Origin: Antedon mediterranea
Lineage: Eukaryota > Animalia > Echinodermata
Reading direction: 5' to 3'
DNA: 64,000 bases
Assembly (NCBI RefSeq): GCF_964355755.1
Contig: NC_092670.1
Span: 34,832,388-34,896,387, forward strand
How positions within the stretch are numbered: position 1 is the stretch's first letter; each line of letters opens with the position of its first letter. The translations under genes were made by a program, and so were the position numbers. Below, piece after piece: positions 26,946 to 41,400 of the stretch. The notes beneath the pieces are model-generated. The model did no database searches. It was not told the DNA's origin and worked only from the letters and a program-made list of their open reading frames with translations.

Positions 26946-29656
26946 ATATAAATAATTAAATAAATAAATGTTTAATTTAATTTTAATTTTCACATAATTT
27001 AATACCTGAAATTCAAGAATATATCTTTAATACAATTACCAAAAAATAAAATTACGTCAGTTAATCAATTAAACCGCATTAAAAGAGCATAAAATACTGC
27101 ATTTAATCAAATAAATTAAATTTTATTTTTTATTTTATTCAGTTGTCAACATAGCAAAAACCTATTTAAAAACAACCTGACTGCTACATATATAAGATTA
27201 CATAGCAAAAATAAAAACTATGTTTCTATGCTCAGAATTAAGTTTGGTTTGCAAATTTGCTAGCTCATCTGAAATGTAAGTTCAAATAGCATTGTGTTAT
27301 AGAAAAGATTCCAAAAGATGTTATTTGTAACTAGTAACTAAACTAGGGCATTTATTCGAATAAATGGTAATATTGTAACAAAATATCACTTGTTTAAACC
27401 TAATAAAAATGTATTAAATAATGAAAAATGGATATTATGTCTGTAATTTTAATTTGAGGTTAATTGCACGCCATGTGTCACAATCGTCCAATCAAATGAT
27501 AGGAATTTATTTAGGTGTTATATAATATGATTTAAGTAATACTGTAAACAATAAATGCATTGTTCTATTGTAATGATATCAATAAATATTAAACTATTAA
27601 ATGCATTATATTTATTTTGGAATTAGAATATCAGTGTCCCAAATTAACAACAATTTGGACTAAATTTTAATTAAGCATAAACTGACTAAAATCAGAGTTC
27701 CTTCGATTCATTTAATATCTGGAAAATCATAGTACAGTATTTACTTAATTGATTTAATATTGCTTCATAGTCTAAACATTAAGAAAATTCGAAAATTATT
27801 TAGTTTGGAAACCTCTTATGTGCTTTAAGATTACGGGTGTGTTTGTTTTCTGAAGTGGTTGCCGATACTATCACTACATGATATATTGGAGGTATGGTAT
27901 TTTCTTGGGGATTTTTAACGATAATTATGACGTGATTGTTTAAAATAACTCATTTTATAATTATGGAAGGTTAATTACCTTTTATAGAATAAAAATAATA
28001 GTACTATAAAAAAAAAACCATTCAATATGACCGTAAATATAAATTGTTAGTTTTACTTTTAATGGTAGTTTTTTTACGTTTAACCTTGATATTTCGAATT
28101 TAAGTGATGTAGGCCTATTTGAAACGTTTTAAGAAAAGGTACTTTAAAAAACGCTATTCAAATATTATTATTTTGAGGGCAGATCTGGATTCTCAAACTG
28201 GGAGCGCTAACATATGAATTGTTAATAGCAAGTCAAAAATAAATATTAAAAATTATTTTATATTGACATTTTTAAGCAGTAAGCGCGCTACCCAAGTTAA
28301 GAATAGATCCACCCCTGGATCAAACCTGCTACTAATTAATGAAATTGGGATCAGTAATTAATACCGGTTATCCAATCCAAAATAGTGATATTTGAATTTC
28401 TTAAAAATTATAATTAATGAATTAAGGCAGAAGAAAATAATCCAATATAACATTACGGTATATTGTTATATGAGAATAAAATAAAATGTACGGTATATAA
28501 ATGTGATTATTTTAAAGTTACAAATAATATATTATTTTAAAAAAGATACAATAAAGAATTGGCTATAACAAGAAAATGAAAATTGTCATTTTATTTTGGG
28601 TATGACAGATGGTTATACCACCAATATGTTATATTGTTATATGAGAATAAAATAAAACAGAAATAAATGTGTTTTTTTTTTAGTTACAAATAATAATATA
28701 TTATTTTAAAAAGGATACAATAAAGGTTGTAATAAGAAAATGAAAATTCTGTCATTCTGTTATGATACGACAGATGGTTGAATACGTTTACATTGTGTTA
28801 TTGGTTGTTTAACAGCTTGTGTGTGCATGGAACTATTATTATAGTTCCATAGTTCCATGGTGTGTGGAAACACTCTTAGACTTATTACAATTTACGGTTG
28901 TCTTCTATTGACCATTATTAGCCATATTACAATCATCGTTAGGTTATTTCGTCGATTTATTTTGATAGTGTATATTGTTCAGTTGGCAGACCATCTTTTG
29001 GTGGATTTATCTCATCATTTCTATGAGTCCGTACGTTGTATTTTCTTTCTTTCCATTTAAATGTTCATAAAACAAATATTGGATATATATGGAATAGCAT
29101 TTGTCATTCGGTGAATGATGAAAGGTTATATTATATTTCTACTCGGCTGTCGCCTCATACCATTATTAGTATACCAATATTAGTATACCAATCACCGTCG
29201 TCGTCATCAGAAGTGTTATCAATTATCAGTATAATCATATTCTCCCTCCTCCAAACAGAGCGCGGTCGAGAGCGGTTTTTCGTGAGTCCCAATCGTTTAT
29301 ATGACGGCTCGAATCGCGTTCCGACTATCCACTCGCGAGCGACCACAACTATTGAATCTTTCCCATGATCAAGAGAAGTAAACAATGTGGAATCGTTTAG
29401 TAAATTGTCTTTATTACTACTTCCCGTTTTATAGAATACAGTATAAAATTTGTTTAACCCATACTGTAATGTTATTTGAGCTACACTGTTTCCACATGCA
29501 CAATTAAAAATAAAAACCTTTATTTGGCTACTCTACTCCCCCCCCCCCCCCACCCCCGCGCTTCTAATCGAAGGCAAATACGTTCTTTATCCTATTATTT
29601 ATCCTATTTTAACAATCTTTGAACTATCGGTCATCTCCCCTGCAATTAAAACACTT

Positions 29657-29818
29657 ATGCTTGGTTCCCACTAGAGACGCAACGAAAGGACGTAACGCAA
29701 CGTAAGGGATTTGACCAATCACAAGCGATGGATTTATTCGACTGTCACTTGTCATTGGCCAACACGCTTGCGTTGCGTTTACGCCCTTGCGTTGCGTCAT
29801 AGTGGGAACCAAGCTTAA
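29657..29818. mobile_element. Harbinger-like MITE; inverted second copy at about 41594-41765
   Basis: TIRs GCTTGGTTCCCACTA / TAGTGGGAACCAAGC, ACGCAA subterminal repeats, shared core AAGCGATGGATTTATTCGACTGTC. Confidence 0.75.
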
Positions 29819-32800
29819 ATGTAAAAGGATGGTGTGCCTTCTTTGTCGTAGTTTTGCACTGTTCTGTGTTGTGTTGTGTACGGTAACTGTCTCTATGATT
29901 TGTGATGCAAATTATATAATAAATCAATATACATCTGTGATAAATGTATAGGCATACAGATATTCGTCTCAAATGTCAACCATTAATTTTCTTTAAACAT
30001 GTATTTAATGGAGATTGTGACATCAATGGGCATAACGTGAGCGATTGAATGACGTCGATTATATTATATATTATTATTACTTTTTTTTATTCTCATTTTA
30101 GGCAAATTGCCAAGGATAACCACAAGCAAATTCATTCACTATCCTTCTCAAAGGTGGAAATCCCATTCACAAGACAAACATATACACAAGATGCTCTACA
30201 TAACCAAAGACTTATTATAAGTCTTTGGGAGTGGAGTTGTAAATTTTCATTATATGTCATTGTATTCGCCCGTGTATTCGGTAACAAAAATGGATACAGG
30301 CGTATATAGGACCAAGTATACCGTATAGGATAAACCACAATGTAATCCCCGTATGTTTTCAAGAAGTCTGTTGTTGTTGTTGAGAAGACAGAAAAGAAAG
30401 ATCATTATTAAGATTTACTGTATTCCCAAAATAATCTTGAAACATGTGCGTCGCAATTAATAACTAAATATCCGAGTTGAGTAGTAATTCCGAATCAATT
30501 CGTAGGCCTACACAGAATTAAACGCAACATTCTTAATCGATGACAGACAAATAAAAATTGTGTAATTATTGTTGATACGTTTGAAATGACCAACTGGAAC
30601 CAATGGCACCACTCCTGTGTCCTCAATTATTTTTTATCGCTTAATAACGAAGTTCAACTTTACAATTCGTTCTAAAGTCATTAAGAATCGAATTAACAAA
30701 GCTGTCGTCTGCGACACGTCCGCGCTCGCAGATTGCCGGGGCTGGTGCTGCGAGCTATTCTTAACCTTTAGAAGTCAGTTCGCCCTGTGAATTATTAACT
30801 TTGTTTTATTAATCCGAAGGGAATCGAGTCCCGCCGATTTCAAACACCGACCCTTTGATTCGTCTGCTTAGATTTACAACTTTAAATCCTAATACTGATT
30901 TGTGGTGCAACATAATTAACAAATTATTTAAACATATGTTATTTGTCGAGTATTATTGTGTCGATTATTGAAGTGTGTGTCCAGTCCTTGTTATCGACAA
31001 CAATGAAATCCCTCTTAGGTAAGTCAGGCTCTGAAAAATTATAGTGGCCTTCTTATATTCCCTGTACAGAACTAACAGTTATTTCCATTTGTAATTAATT
31101 ACGGAATTTTTGACAGTCGATTTTAATTCGATTTATTTTTAATGGGTCGTTAATCAAGAAAGGATACTGGTACAGTGGTTTTACCATGAAGAAACGTGTC
31201 AACAGCTTTCAACTTATGTCTTAAATGTTTCTACTTTTTAATGAGCGAACCTACCAGGCCGCCATGCAGTATTTCAGGACCCTCTAAGATCTTGTATTTT
31301 TGGCGGTTTTACGTTTCATCCTCAAAATATTTTACGCAATATTTAAACATGAGATTAACTAAATCAAATAAGCTTATTTCTTTTATTTTAAAATTAATAC
31401 ATTATAAATGTTTTGATTTTCAAATGATTAAATGAAAACAAATTATAATAAATCATAATGTATAAAATGCTGATTAAATTATATAAAATGAAAGAGGCCG
31501 TGAATACGATAGAAATGGTCGTCAGCCAGGAACTATAGGTAATATTTGGACTAGGACTATATCAAAATGGAGACGGCAACATGCTCATGGAAAGCCCGCA
31601 TTAACACTATTCATTAACACTAATATAACGAGTATACAACACACATAAATTCGGGCTTTAAAGTTTTTTTACTTATGTTGACAAGATGCGTCATTGTTAA
31701 AGGCCAAGTACGGGGAAAAATGTCGACTGATAATGTTGATCATACATTCCAATAATTATCGATCTATAGTTTCCCATATATATTTCATAATTGTTTGGAT
31801 TTTATTTGTGTTAAACGATCTTGTTGAAAATATATAGTGGGGGATGTTCAAATGACACAGTAAAATCTCTATTCTTTTGTACACAAATGTTGTAAATAGA
31901 GAGGCATTTAAAAAAAAATATGAAAAATAAACGATGTGCTAAAAAGTGTATAAAATGAACATTCATCCATGTAACACTACACATAAAGGTAATTAGCTGT
32001 TTATAGCAATACGTTTCCAATTCGAAGTAACACTAATCGACTATATTTGTAACACAGCATGAGCATGTTCCTGTATTCATTTTGTCAGTGATGCAAACTG
32101 TATGTTATTAATGTTGCGGGTAACTAAAATATATACCGCCGCGCGGTTGAATCTTTAGGGGATGGGAGCGTGCTTACCTTTAGTAGTGCTTACCTTTAGT
32201 GATACTTACCTTTTTGGAAAGCAATTAAAGCTCTTTAATCTACCTCTATTCCTTTTGTATGCGTGGTATAAAGGCTTAAAATGTGCATTATATCGTCGAA
32301 TTGAATTCATCCTTCTGCAATTATATTAAACTAGTACAGTGTATTAACCTAGCATGGTGATCCAATCTGTTTTACATTTAGGAGCTGTGTTAATTTTGTT
32401 GTTGATTGTTTTATTTCTTTTTCAGCGGAAGTATTGATTCTTTGTTTATTTATTGAACGTCACCATCTTTACACTTTGTACACAATTATTTATGTTCACT
32501 TTCTTTAATAATTGTAGGCCTACCAATTTGAATTTTTTCAAATCGTAGATTATTCTTATAAAATTGATTTTATCCTAATTTTTCATCTAACGGATACAAT
32601 GCCGATCGATTGCCACCCCCAAAGTTTTTCATGAATTCTACTTTTATTTATTTATTTTTTTTTTTGCCTTTAGGCCTATTCGCTTTTATTCCAATATAAC
32701 ACGATTTTCTTACAATGTTACAACATCCAGAAATTCTTTTTTCCTGTGTGGTTTTATTTTCCTTTTAAACGTTGATTTCCACTTCCAATTTTCTTTTATA

Positions 32801-32938
32801 AAAACAAAAGTACCGGTCTGAATTAGTACAGTCCTATAACCACAAAACTTAGGCTTGACTTATTTTTCTCTTCCTTCTACAAGCCGGCTTCGTGTGTCCT
32901 CGGTTATTCCTTATTTTAGGAAGTCGGGAAATTATAAG

Positions 32939-33122
32939 TAAAGGCGAATTTACAGAGACGAACGGTACCGGTAACGGTAAGCGGAAACCGCGTAGCTTGT
33001 CCCATGTATAATCTGTAGGCCTATCTATCGAATCGTCAGCGCTTTGTGTAAAATGGTTAATGATAACATTATATTGTATATTTGTTATTACCGTTACCGC
33101 TCGTCTGTGTAAATTGACCTTA
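32939..33122. mobile_element. Harbinger-like MITE; relatives at 56675-56784 and about 13840-13948
   Basis: Consensus TIR AAGGCCAATTTACACAGACGAGCG / CGCTCGTCTGTGTAAATTG(G/A)CCTT with TWA flanks. Confidence 0.7.
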
Positions 33123-34499
33123 ATACAGCTCATAACTTTTGAGTGTTTTAGAAATGTGCCTTGTATCATGTAGGCCTATTGTATATTAAATCTTATGCAT
33201 ATAGGATGATGAATTACTGCGGCGGGGTTCACTAAAGGAAAAAAGAACGTAAAGAAATGGCTAAATTAAAAAAACATGAATATTGAAAAGGAAAAGAAAA
33301 TGTTATTTTGAATAAACATAGAGAATAATGAAGATTGTTTAAATTTAAGGTGTTTGTATACTGTTGTACTAACCTATATAAAATATTATGAATGCATATA
33401 TTTGGGACGCACTCACTAAATAAAGATAAAAACAAATAGTAGGAGCTCTCAGTCACCATGAGAAGTGACCAGAGATGGATTTCCCTCCCACCATTCTCCC
33501 ATTGTTCTCACTGTGACCCCTCTTCCTCGATAGGCCTCTTTAACATATATCATTAATAATTACACGAGTTGTCATAAAATATAATATCATTATACGGTAT
33601 GAATAACTGATAATAAATTATTATTATTGTCTAGAATGTCATTCGTGAATAGGTTCATGATAAATCTAGTTCATAATGATTGTGATTATGTATCTACATT
33701 TTTATTTATCGTCCAGTAAATCATAGGAAAATACCGTGATACAGTATAATATGTGTGTTTCAAGCACTACATTGCGATGACATGCTGGAATAAATGATAT
33801 GGAAATTCATATTAATGTCGATATCACATAATAAACAATATATATAAATCATACTGTAAATTATATATATATATATATATTATATCATAGTTTAGATGAT
33901 GATACTAATGAGGACATTTATTTTTTTTGCAACATCCGCTGTCACGTCGCTGTTACATTACCTTGCTTTTCTTTGTCACAAAATAGTACATAATAATATG
34001 CATTTTGCCTATTGATGAAAATGCTGAACAGTATTATTTTACCTATTAAATCATTAAATACATTTATAATGGATATGCATTTTGATAATTATAATGAATC
34101 ATGGTTATACTAATAATGGTAATAATAATGATATTGACTATTATGAAAAAAGGATAATACATACTTATACAATGGTTCTGATAAATAAATGTCTTCTTAG
34201 AATTGTCAATAAAACAATTTCAACAAAGACATATTTTTGGAATCAAACAAGGTCCCTTGCATCGCTTACTAATTGTATTTCTTGGAATAAATGCTGCAGC
34301 TATTTTTAACATTCCAAAGTATCGAATTAGTGTTTTTTCAATCTTATCGAGACTATTTATGGTTTGAATAAACAGAAACTAGATATTTTGTATGTAATCT
34401 AAGTTATTCACTTATGATAAATGCATTATTAGTTCGAAACAATTTAATTTTGGTAAAATAGGTTCCTGCTAAATAACAGGTCCGCCCAGTTTAATAATC

Positions 34500-35425
34500 C
34501 ATCATCATTCATCATCACCACCTGACGACCACCATCATCATGACCACCACACCCATCATCATCACTACTACCATCACCACCAGTACCACTATTGAATAGC
34601 ACCATAACCATCTTCATCATTACTATCACCGCAATCACCATCACTACTACTATCACCATGCACCACAACCAGTGACCGTCATCATTACTACTATAAAAAA
34701 ACACCACCTTCATCACCATAGTGACCACCAACTGACCACTACCATGATCACTACTACAGTTACATCACCATAACCACCGCCAACTGACCACCACCATCAT
34801 CACTACTACAGTAACATCGCCATAACCACCGCCAACTGACCACCACCATCATCACTACTACAGTAACATCACCATAACCACCGCCAACTGACCACCACCA
34901 TCATCACTACTACAGTAACATCACCATAACCACCGCCAACTGACCACCACCATCATCACTACTACAGTAACATCACCATAACCACCGCCAACTGACCACC
35001 ACCATCATCACTACTACAATAACATCACCATAACCACCGCCAACTGACCACCACCATCATCACTACTACAGTAACATCACCATAACCACCGCCAACTGAC
35101 CACCACCATCATCACTACTACAGATCACCATAACCACCGCCAACTGACCACCACCACCACCATGAACCATGATCACAATTACAGTAATAACTATTACAAA
35201 CTGACCACCACCACCACCATCATCATCACTATTACAGTAACATCACCATAATCAACACCACAACCATGATCAGTGACATCACCATAACCATCACCAACTG
35301 ACGACCACCACCACCACCATCATCAACATCATCTCTACTACAGTAACATCACCATAACCACCACCAACTGGTCACCACCATCATCTTCACCACCACCACC
35401 ACCACCACCACCATCTCCCACCACG
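34500..35425. repeat. CAC/CAT low-complexity tract containing a 52-bp unit about 8 times
   Basis: AACTGACC recurs at 34730, 34782, 34834, 34886 and onward to about 35150; flanks are degenerate (CAC/CAT)n. Confidence 0.9.
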
Positions 35426-37409
35426 AAAATAATTGTCTATCACAATAGCTATTGTGTGCGTACGTATCAGTATTGTTATATTATCGTATTGTGTATATCG
35501 AACAACATCTATAGAGAACGGATTGCAATGGTGAAATGATAGGATATAAAAATAGTATATAGCCTATATACATAATAAAATATTATAATAGCATAATTAA
35601 TAAACACTTATCCTTCACTATTACAATTTGCATTATCCATCGAATTAATGTGTCACTATTAACGAAATGAAAACACTGATGGACGCTGACGGCAGATTAA
35701 AGAGATTTGTCAGCCAGCACTAACCACAAAAAACATTAATATTGCTATAAAGTATAATCATTAACAAGATTCTATCTAGTTCAGTCATAATCTACTTCTC
35801 TGATTTTTTTTTCATTTTGTTATGAATTGGCTCTAAATGTGTGTCCTTTAATTGAAAACAATTATTATAGCTCTGTCCACACTATCAAACTAGTTTGACA
35901 ATAAATGGGATATGCCCATATGGTAGTGATATTCCAAAATATGGTAGAGTGATATGACATCTTCATGTCCATATGGCCACATCACATTTTGTTTGACAAA
36001 AGTTTGATAGTGTGGACAGAGCTTTAATGTGTGTCCTTGAAAACAACTAATATCTAAAGCTCTCTCTACACTATCAAACTAGTTTTACAAAAAAAGTGTG
36101 ATGTGTCCAAATATGGTAGTGATATTCCCAAATATGGTAGTGATATGACATCGTAATGTCCATATCACTACCATATCATACCATATCATATTGTTTGACA
36201 AAAGTTTGATAGTGTGGACAGAACTTTAAATGTGTGTCCTTAAAAACACCTAATGTCTAATTAGCACGTGATGAATACACTGAAAAATGAAATGAAGTCG
36301 GCATTGATTTGTTATTGATAAGCCGTTGTCAAAATCAATCTATTTATCCTTTTTTAATGATTGAAAATAGTTCGTATTTCCTGGAATTGTTACAGTAAAC
36401 ACAAACGTCAACCCAGAAACAGAACACGCTATAAAAAAAAACATTGTTCGAATTTATTAATTATCACGCTAATAAGATGTTTTGTCTATCGCAATTATCA
36501 TTATCGTCTTAATGTCGTCATCATTGTCTCTTCATTGTCATCATCATTATCATTATCATCATCATCATAATCACGTCATCATCATCACGTCATCATCTTC
36601 GTCACTTTATCTTCATCGTCATCCATATTAGATTCTGATTCAGATTTATTTGGTCCTTGCGAAAAGTCATTACAGGCACAATCGCTCACATAAAAATACA
36701 ATAAATAACATACAAAATAGATATAAGTAAAATAAATATAAACAAGTAAAGAGTTGTAATAAAGATACACTATACAAAACAAATCATAATTGTTATCACC
36801 AACATCATCATTATTGTCTTTGAATTAGTATTATTAATTTAGGCCTGTATTACGATACGTTTAGCATTAATATTGTGGTTATTGCACTTGATACGGGGAC
36901 AGCGACATAAGTAGCGCGAACAACGACACGTTGATCATTCACCCCAAGTCGTTCGTATTCGTCGATTTCCTGTCATCGACCGCACTATTGTTTTCAAACG
37001 TCAATGGATTATTTGATCTAGTAATTGTCTGACTTGTTCTGTTTTTCGCTAACCCTTGCTATGTTTGAGTAGTTGTTTTGTGGTATCTTTAGTGTTTTCT
37101 TTATTTCGTGTACCACTTGCTAAATGGCTTTGTCTTGTAAATGCGAATTATAATCAAGTAGATGATGTGCTACTACTATAATACAAGCACACAACCATTC
37201 AGACGATGTCTAATCGAGGAAGCTCCGTGATTGGTCGGTACCCACGCGCAGTGATTTCCGACGTTTTCATTGGTCTATTCTTCTTGAGATTTTAGGTACT
37301 AAAGTTACAGCCCATCGTAACAGATTTAGTATACTTATTACATATTAGACGTTCATTTGAGGTGGGATTACGGTGTATCAGTTCTACATATCTATATTTC
37401 TTACTGAAC

Positions 37410-38423
37410 ATGGAGAAAATGGAAAATATCTCGAGTAATGATACTTCGTGTAAATATCCTGACATTTTCACGACCGTGATAGGTCAGAGCACCATTGGAA
37501 TGATTATTTTCTCGTCCGTGATGTTAACGATATGTGCTGTTGCTATTGCTGGTAATACATTGGTTCTATTAGCGTTTGTAAAAATAGGAAAACTTCGACG
37601 GACTCGCAACATGTTCATATGTAACCTATCCATCTGTGATTTAGTTACTGGACTCGCGATTTGCACAAGAACTATTTTAGGTGAAGCGGCATCAGATGCT
37701 CTGAATATTTCTCTTGTTGCTATTTCTTGGCTGACTATTCTTGGAATAGCCGTGGATCGTTTCATAATAATTGTAGCGGCACCAACCACCTACCAACAAA
37801 TTGTATCGCCTAGAGGAATCGTAATCACGTGTGTATGTTTTTGGATCGTGCCGCTTTCTACAACATTGCCGTTTTCTAATGATGTCGACAACGTGACTTT
37901 GATATTGTTTAACGTTTTGCCGTCACTAACTATGACAGTTCTGGTATTTATTATGATTTTATACGCTATCATCTTATACAAGATACGCCGCCACGAGAAA
38001 CGACTGCGGGACATCAAGTCAAGCCGACAGTTCCGCGAGACACGTGCCGTTGCCAAGGCGTTTACGCTGATCCTGGGAGTCGCTATCATCGTGACAGTGC
38101 CATGGGCGGTAGAAGCATTTAGGATATCGTTGCAGATGCGACAATCTGGTCAACCTTGTTACTACACATCAGTAACATTTTTCATTTTTTCATGTGTCGG
38201 TCTTATGAACTCGGCTATTAATCCGTTCATATACTGGCGAAAAATGCCCGGATTTAAGTCCGGCATACGATCTCTCTTCCGAGGATGTTGCGAAAAAGAC
38301 TCATTATCATCCAGCCACATGAGTTCAATTACTACGAATAAGAAGGACGAAAATAAAGTGAAAGACATTGACCCAAGCCCAGCCGGTACAGTCAGCCATT
38401 CCTGCCCCGATAGCTCCGTTTAA
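37410..38423 (+). CDS. Intronless class A (rhodopsin-like) GPCR, 337 aa, ligand unknown
   Basis: Seven hydrophobic segments; GNTLV (TM1), LSICD (TM2), IAVDRF (TM3), FWIVP (TM4), NSAINPFIY (TM7); N-terminal N-glycosylation sites (NIS, NDT); CC after helix 8. First ATG at 37410. Confidence 0.9.
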   Translation: MEKMENISSNDTSCKYPDIFTTVIGQSTIGMIIFSSVMLTICAVAIAGNTLVLLAFVKIGKLRRTRNMFICNLSICDLVTGLAICTRTILGEAASDALNISLVAISWLTILGIAVDRFIIIVAAPTTYQQIVSPRGIVITCVCFWIVPLSTTLPFSNDVDNVTLILFNVLPSLTMTVLVFIMILYAIILYKIRRHEKRLRDIKSSRQFRETRAVAKAFTLILGVAIIVTVPWAVEAFRISLQMRQSGQPCYYTSVTFFIFSCVGLMNSAINPFIYWRKMPGFKSGIRSLFRGCCEKDSLSSSHMSSITTNKKDENKVKDIDPSPAGTVSHSCPDSSV

Positions 38424-41400
38424 GGCCTAGAATTTTAAAAACTGACTTTATTATTAATAATAGATAACTCTGGTCGAACGGAGAATCGATTTTTAGTTTG
38501 ATTGTCCTGTAGCAAACAAAGAATAATTACGAGATCTTGACCTTATGATTTTAAACGGATATTAACTTAATCCTATTTGAGCGACGCAACCAATTAATTT
38601 GTGTGAAGAAACATAACAAACTATAGATCTGACGAAATTAAGTTAAATTCAATATGAACTAATATACTCATTGTTACTGCGTTATGGAATAGGAATTATT
38701 TTTGATAACGCGTCAACTTAATTATATGACGCTATTCTATTTCGACGGAAAGTCACTATACAGTAGTTCCTAAATAATAGGCTTTTCATGCTTAAGTAAA
38801 TATAATTTTACAGTGTGTTTAACCTAAGTGTTGTTAGATTGCCTTGGTTTAACCATGTGTAAACTAAAATGTTTACAATGTTGTTTAAATTTGTTTAGAA
38901 ACCAAAGCCCTGAACAATTAAAATGCATTACTTTCATTGTTGTTAGTTCTGCTTAATTACATCCATAATGTGGTTTAGTAAATTGAATAACACACAAATG
39001 AACCGAATCGGTTAACCACAATGTGTGTATAGGCTAGGAACTATAACAACAATAAATTTGACACGATTCGTTGAAAAAAATAGACTACAGATCAAATTGA
39101 ATGTTGTAATAATATAGTTATAGGCTATACGGTACCAGGAAAGATGTGTTTATAATGCCTACTCAAGCGTATGTATGTTCAAGTTTCGAATTTTGTCTTT
39201 TTAAAGCTAAGTTAATGTCCGTATTCACCAATCACACTTAAGTGAGATATTTTCCTTAAATATAAGTATTTCACTTAACTCAATAATAAGTATTTCCATT
39301 GGCCACTGGGGTTTGAATTATTATTCCAGGATCTAGTTTCATCTTATAAGGTCCTGAAGAATAAGTTGTTTGTTCCTTGTCTGTAGGCCTTTTTATATCC
39401 AAAACTTATTAGGTTGGTTTCATGCCATTATGAAGGTCTTCATTAGCTAATTAGCTACTATGAGAGAATTATATGTATTATTGTTGTCCTTAAGCTTAAC
39501 AGGAAACTGAGGAAGATACTGGACTAGTATAATTTAAAATTCTAGCTGTTAATTCCATATAGGAATAGATGACGTCCGCAACAATGTAATTTTTATGGGA
39601 AATTATTGGTTGGTAACATAAATACTAATAGCACAACAAATAGTAAAAAATGTCACAATGAGAGAAGGACGTGAAACAATAATGCTTTTTTTATTTTGGA
39701 TTATTTAAAGAAATTACCAAATGATTGAATTAACTCAATGCATCTTTAAAAACAGAAATTAAGACTATTCTGCCGATAGGATAGGAAGGACACATTGAAG
39801 TCAATGTACGCATTTAGAATAGAATTTAAGACATGTGAGACAAGTATACGCGATGCCGTTAGGTTAGGGAAGGATATTGAGAGGATTTCTTGACTGAGTT
39901 TCAGGACTAGCCTACTCACTGTAGCCAGTGGCGTAAAGTAGAGACCTGAGGCCCCTGGTTTAGGAACCCTAAGTTTTAAGTTTTTCGATATATTTTATTA
40001 CCTGTGTTTTCCTCTGGGCACTGCTGCGTTTAGCCAATGAGCTCTCTAGGCCGTTACGCCCGGTTAGCAGTTTAATACATAGTTAATTACAGTTATTCCG
40101 AATTTAAATTATTAATATTTAAACTATTATTACTTAATGTTTATAATACATTCTGAAAAACTAAGTTTCCTGGTGTTTGAATTAGTGTGTAGGCCTAAGT
40201 GCACCTTTTTTTTATTCACTTTGAGTATACGCGCTGCTTGTTAAAAGTGTAAAATATTTAATAAAAGTTCAATCAAATTGAAGCTAAACAGTAATAAATA
40301 ACGCTTTTCTAAAAAAAATGAATAAATAAAATACAACAAACAAATTTGTTTTTCGATAGTAAATGTTGTAAATACTGTAGAAGTGTAATTACCTAACGCA
40401 TGTTTTTTTAATGTTTATTATTAAATATGATTATTTATTAATTCAATTATTTTAAAAATGTATAGGCCTAGGGCCTTTGGTATTTATATATACATTATTT
40501 ATTTCTGTGAGTTTTCATAAGTAACTTAAATATAAAGCCTATAATTCATAACCGCTGTACACTTTCAAACTTTATGTTAAAAAAATATGTAATGTGCCCA
40601 CCCATATATGGACATGATGATGTCATATCACTACCATATTTGGTTATATCACTAACATATTTGAGCACATCACACTTTTTCGAATTTTATAGTTTAGACA
40701 GAGCGTTAGGCTACACATCAACAGTATTATTGAATAATACAGACGTACATTTGTAAAATTGTGAAAGTGTTCCTATCCATAAACAATGTTTGTATTTCAC
40801 TGAAAACTCAATACGGTAAATGTTCACAAGCGGAAATAATACATTACTGGCTATGACATGTTGTAAAATAAACGAGAAAAACCACCGAATAACAAACTGT
40901 GTATAGTAATTAACTTTCTTATTTATATTAGGTTAGTTGTCTGTTTTACCACAACAAGGAGGAATTAAAAGCCCCCTGGCGGTGCAACCGTACGCGGCCG
41001 CTTCATTTTACAGGGCCGGGCATCTTCTTAGCAGGATAGTACGGATCATTGACAATCAAACAACAAGTAAAAGGCACATTGTTAAAGGTGTGTTAGCATT
41101 AGACATTATTCTGGATAATACCACAAATAAATTCTCAATATTGCGTTTTAGTTTATAGGGAGTCTATTTTTTCAAATCTCAAAACCCCAAACTGACAAGT
41201 TGTAGTGGGGGTCTCTGTTTTCGTAGCACCAAGTGTAAATAGACTGAGACCCGGGTGTAGGCCTCTGTACCAGGATAAGCCCATGGGGGTATAATACTGA
41301 TAATATTTATTGAAGCTACCGGTACACATTACAACGTGTGGGTCGTACGTATAAAGAAAAATATCTGAAACTGATTCTACAAAGAGGGCGCACATAATGA

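Noticed and set aside
34444-35425. His/Thr-rich or Val/Met-rich coding repeat
   Set aside because: The 52-bp unit is not a multiple of 3, stops recur, and no splice support was seen.
37484-38368. Minus-strand ORFs overlapping the GPCR, and similar antisense or alternative-frame ORFs over enkurin, NFX1 and ACMSD exons
   Set aside because: Shadows of real coding sequence.
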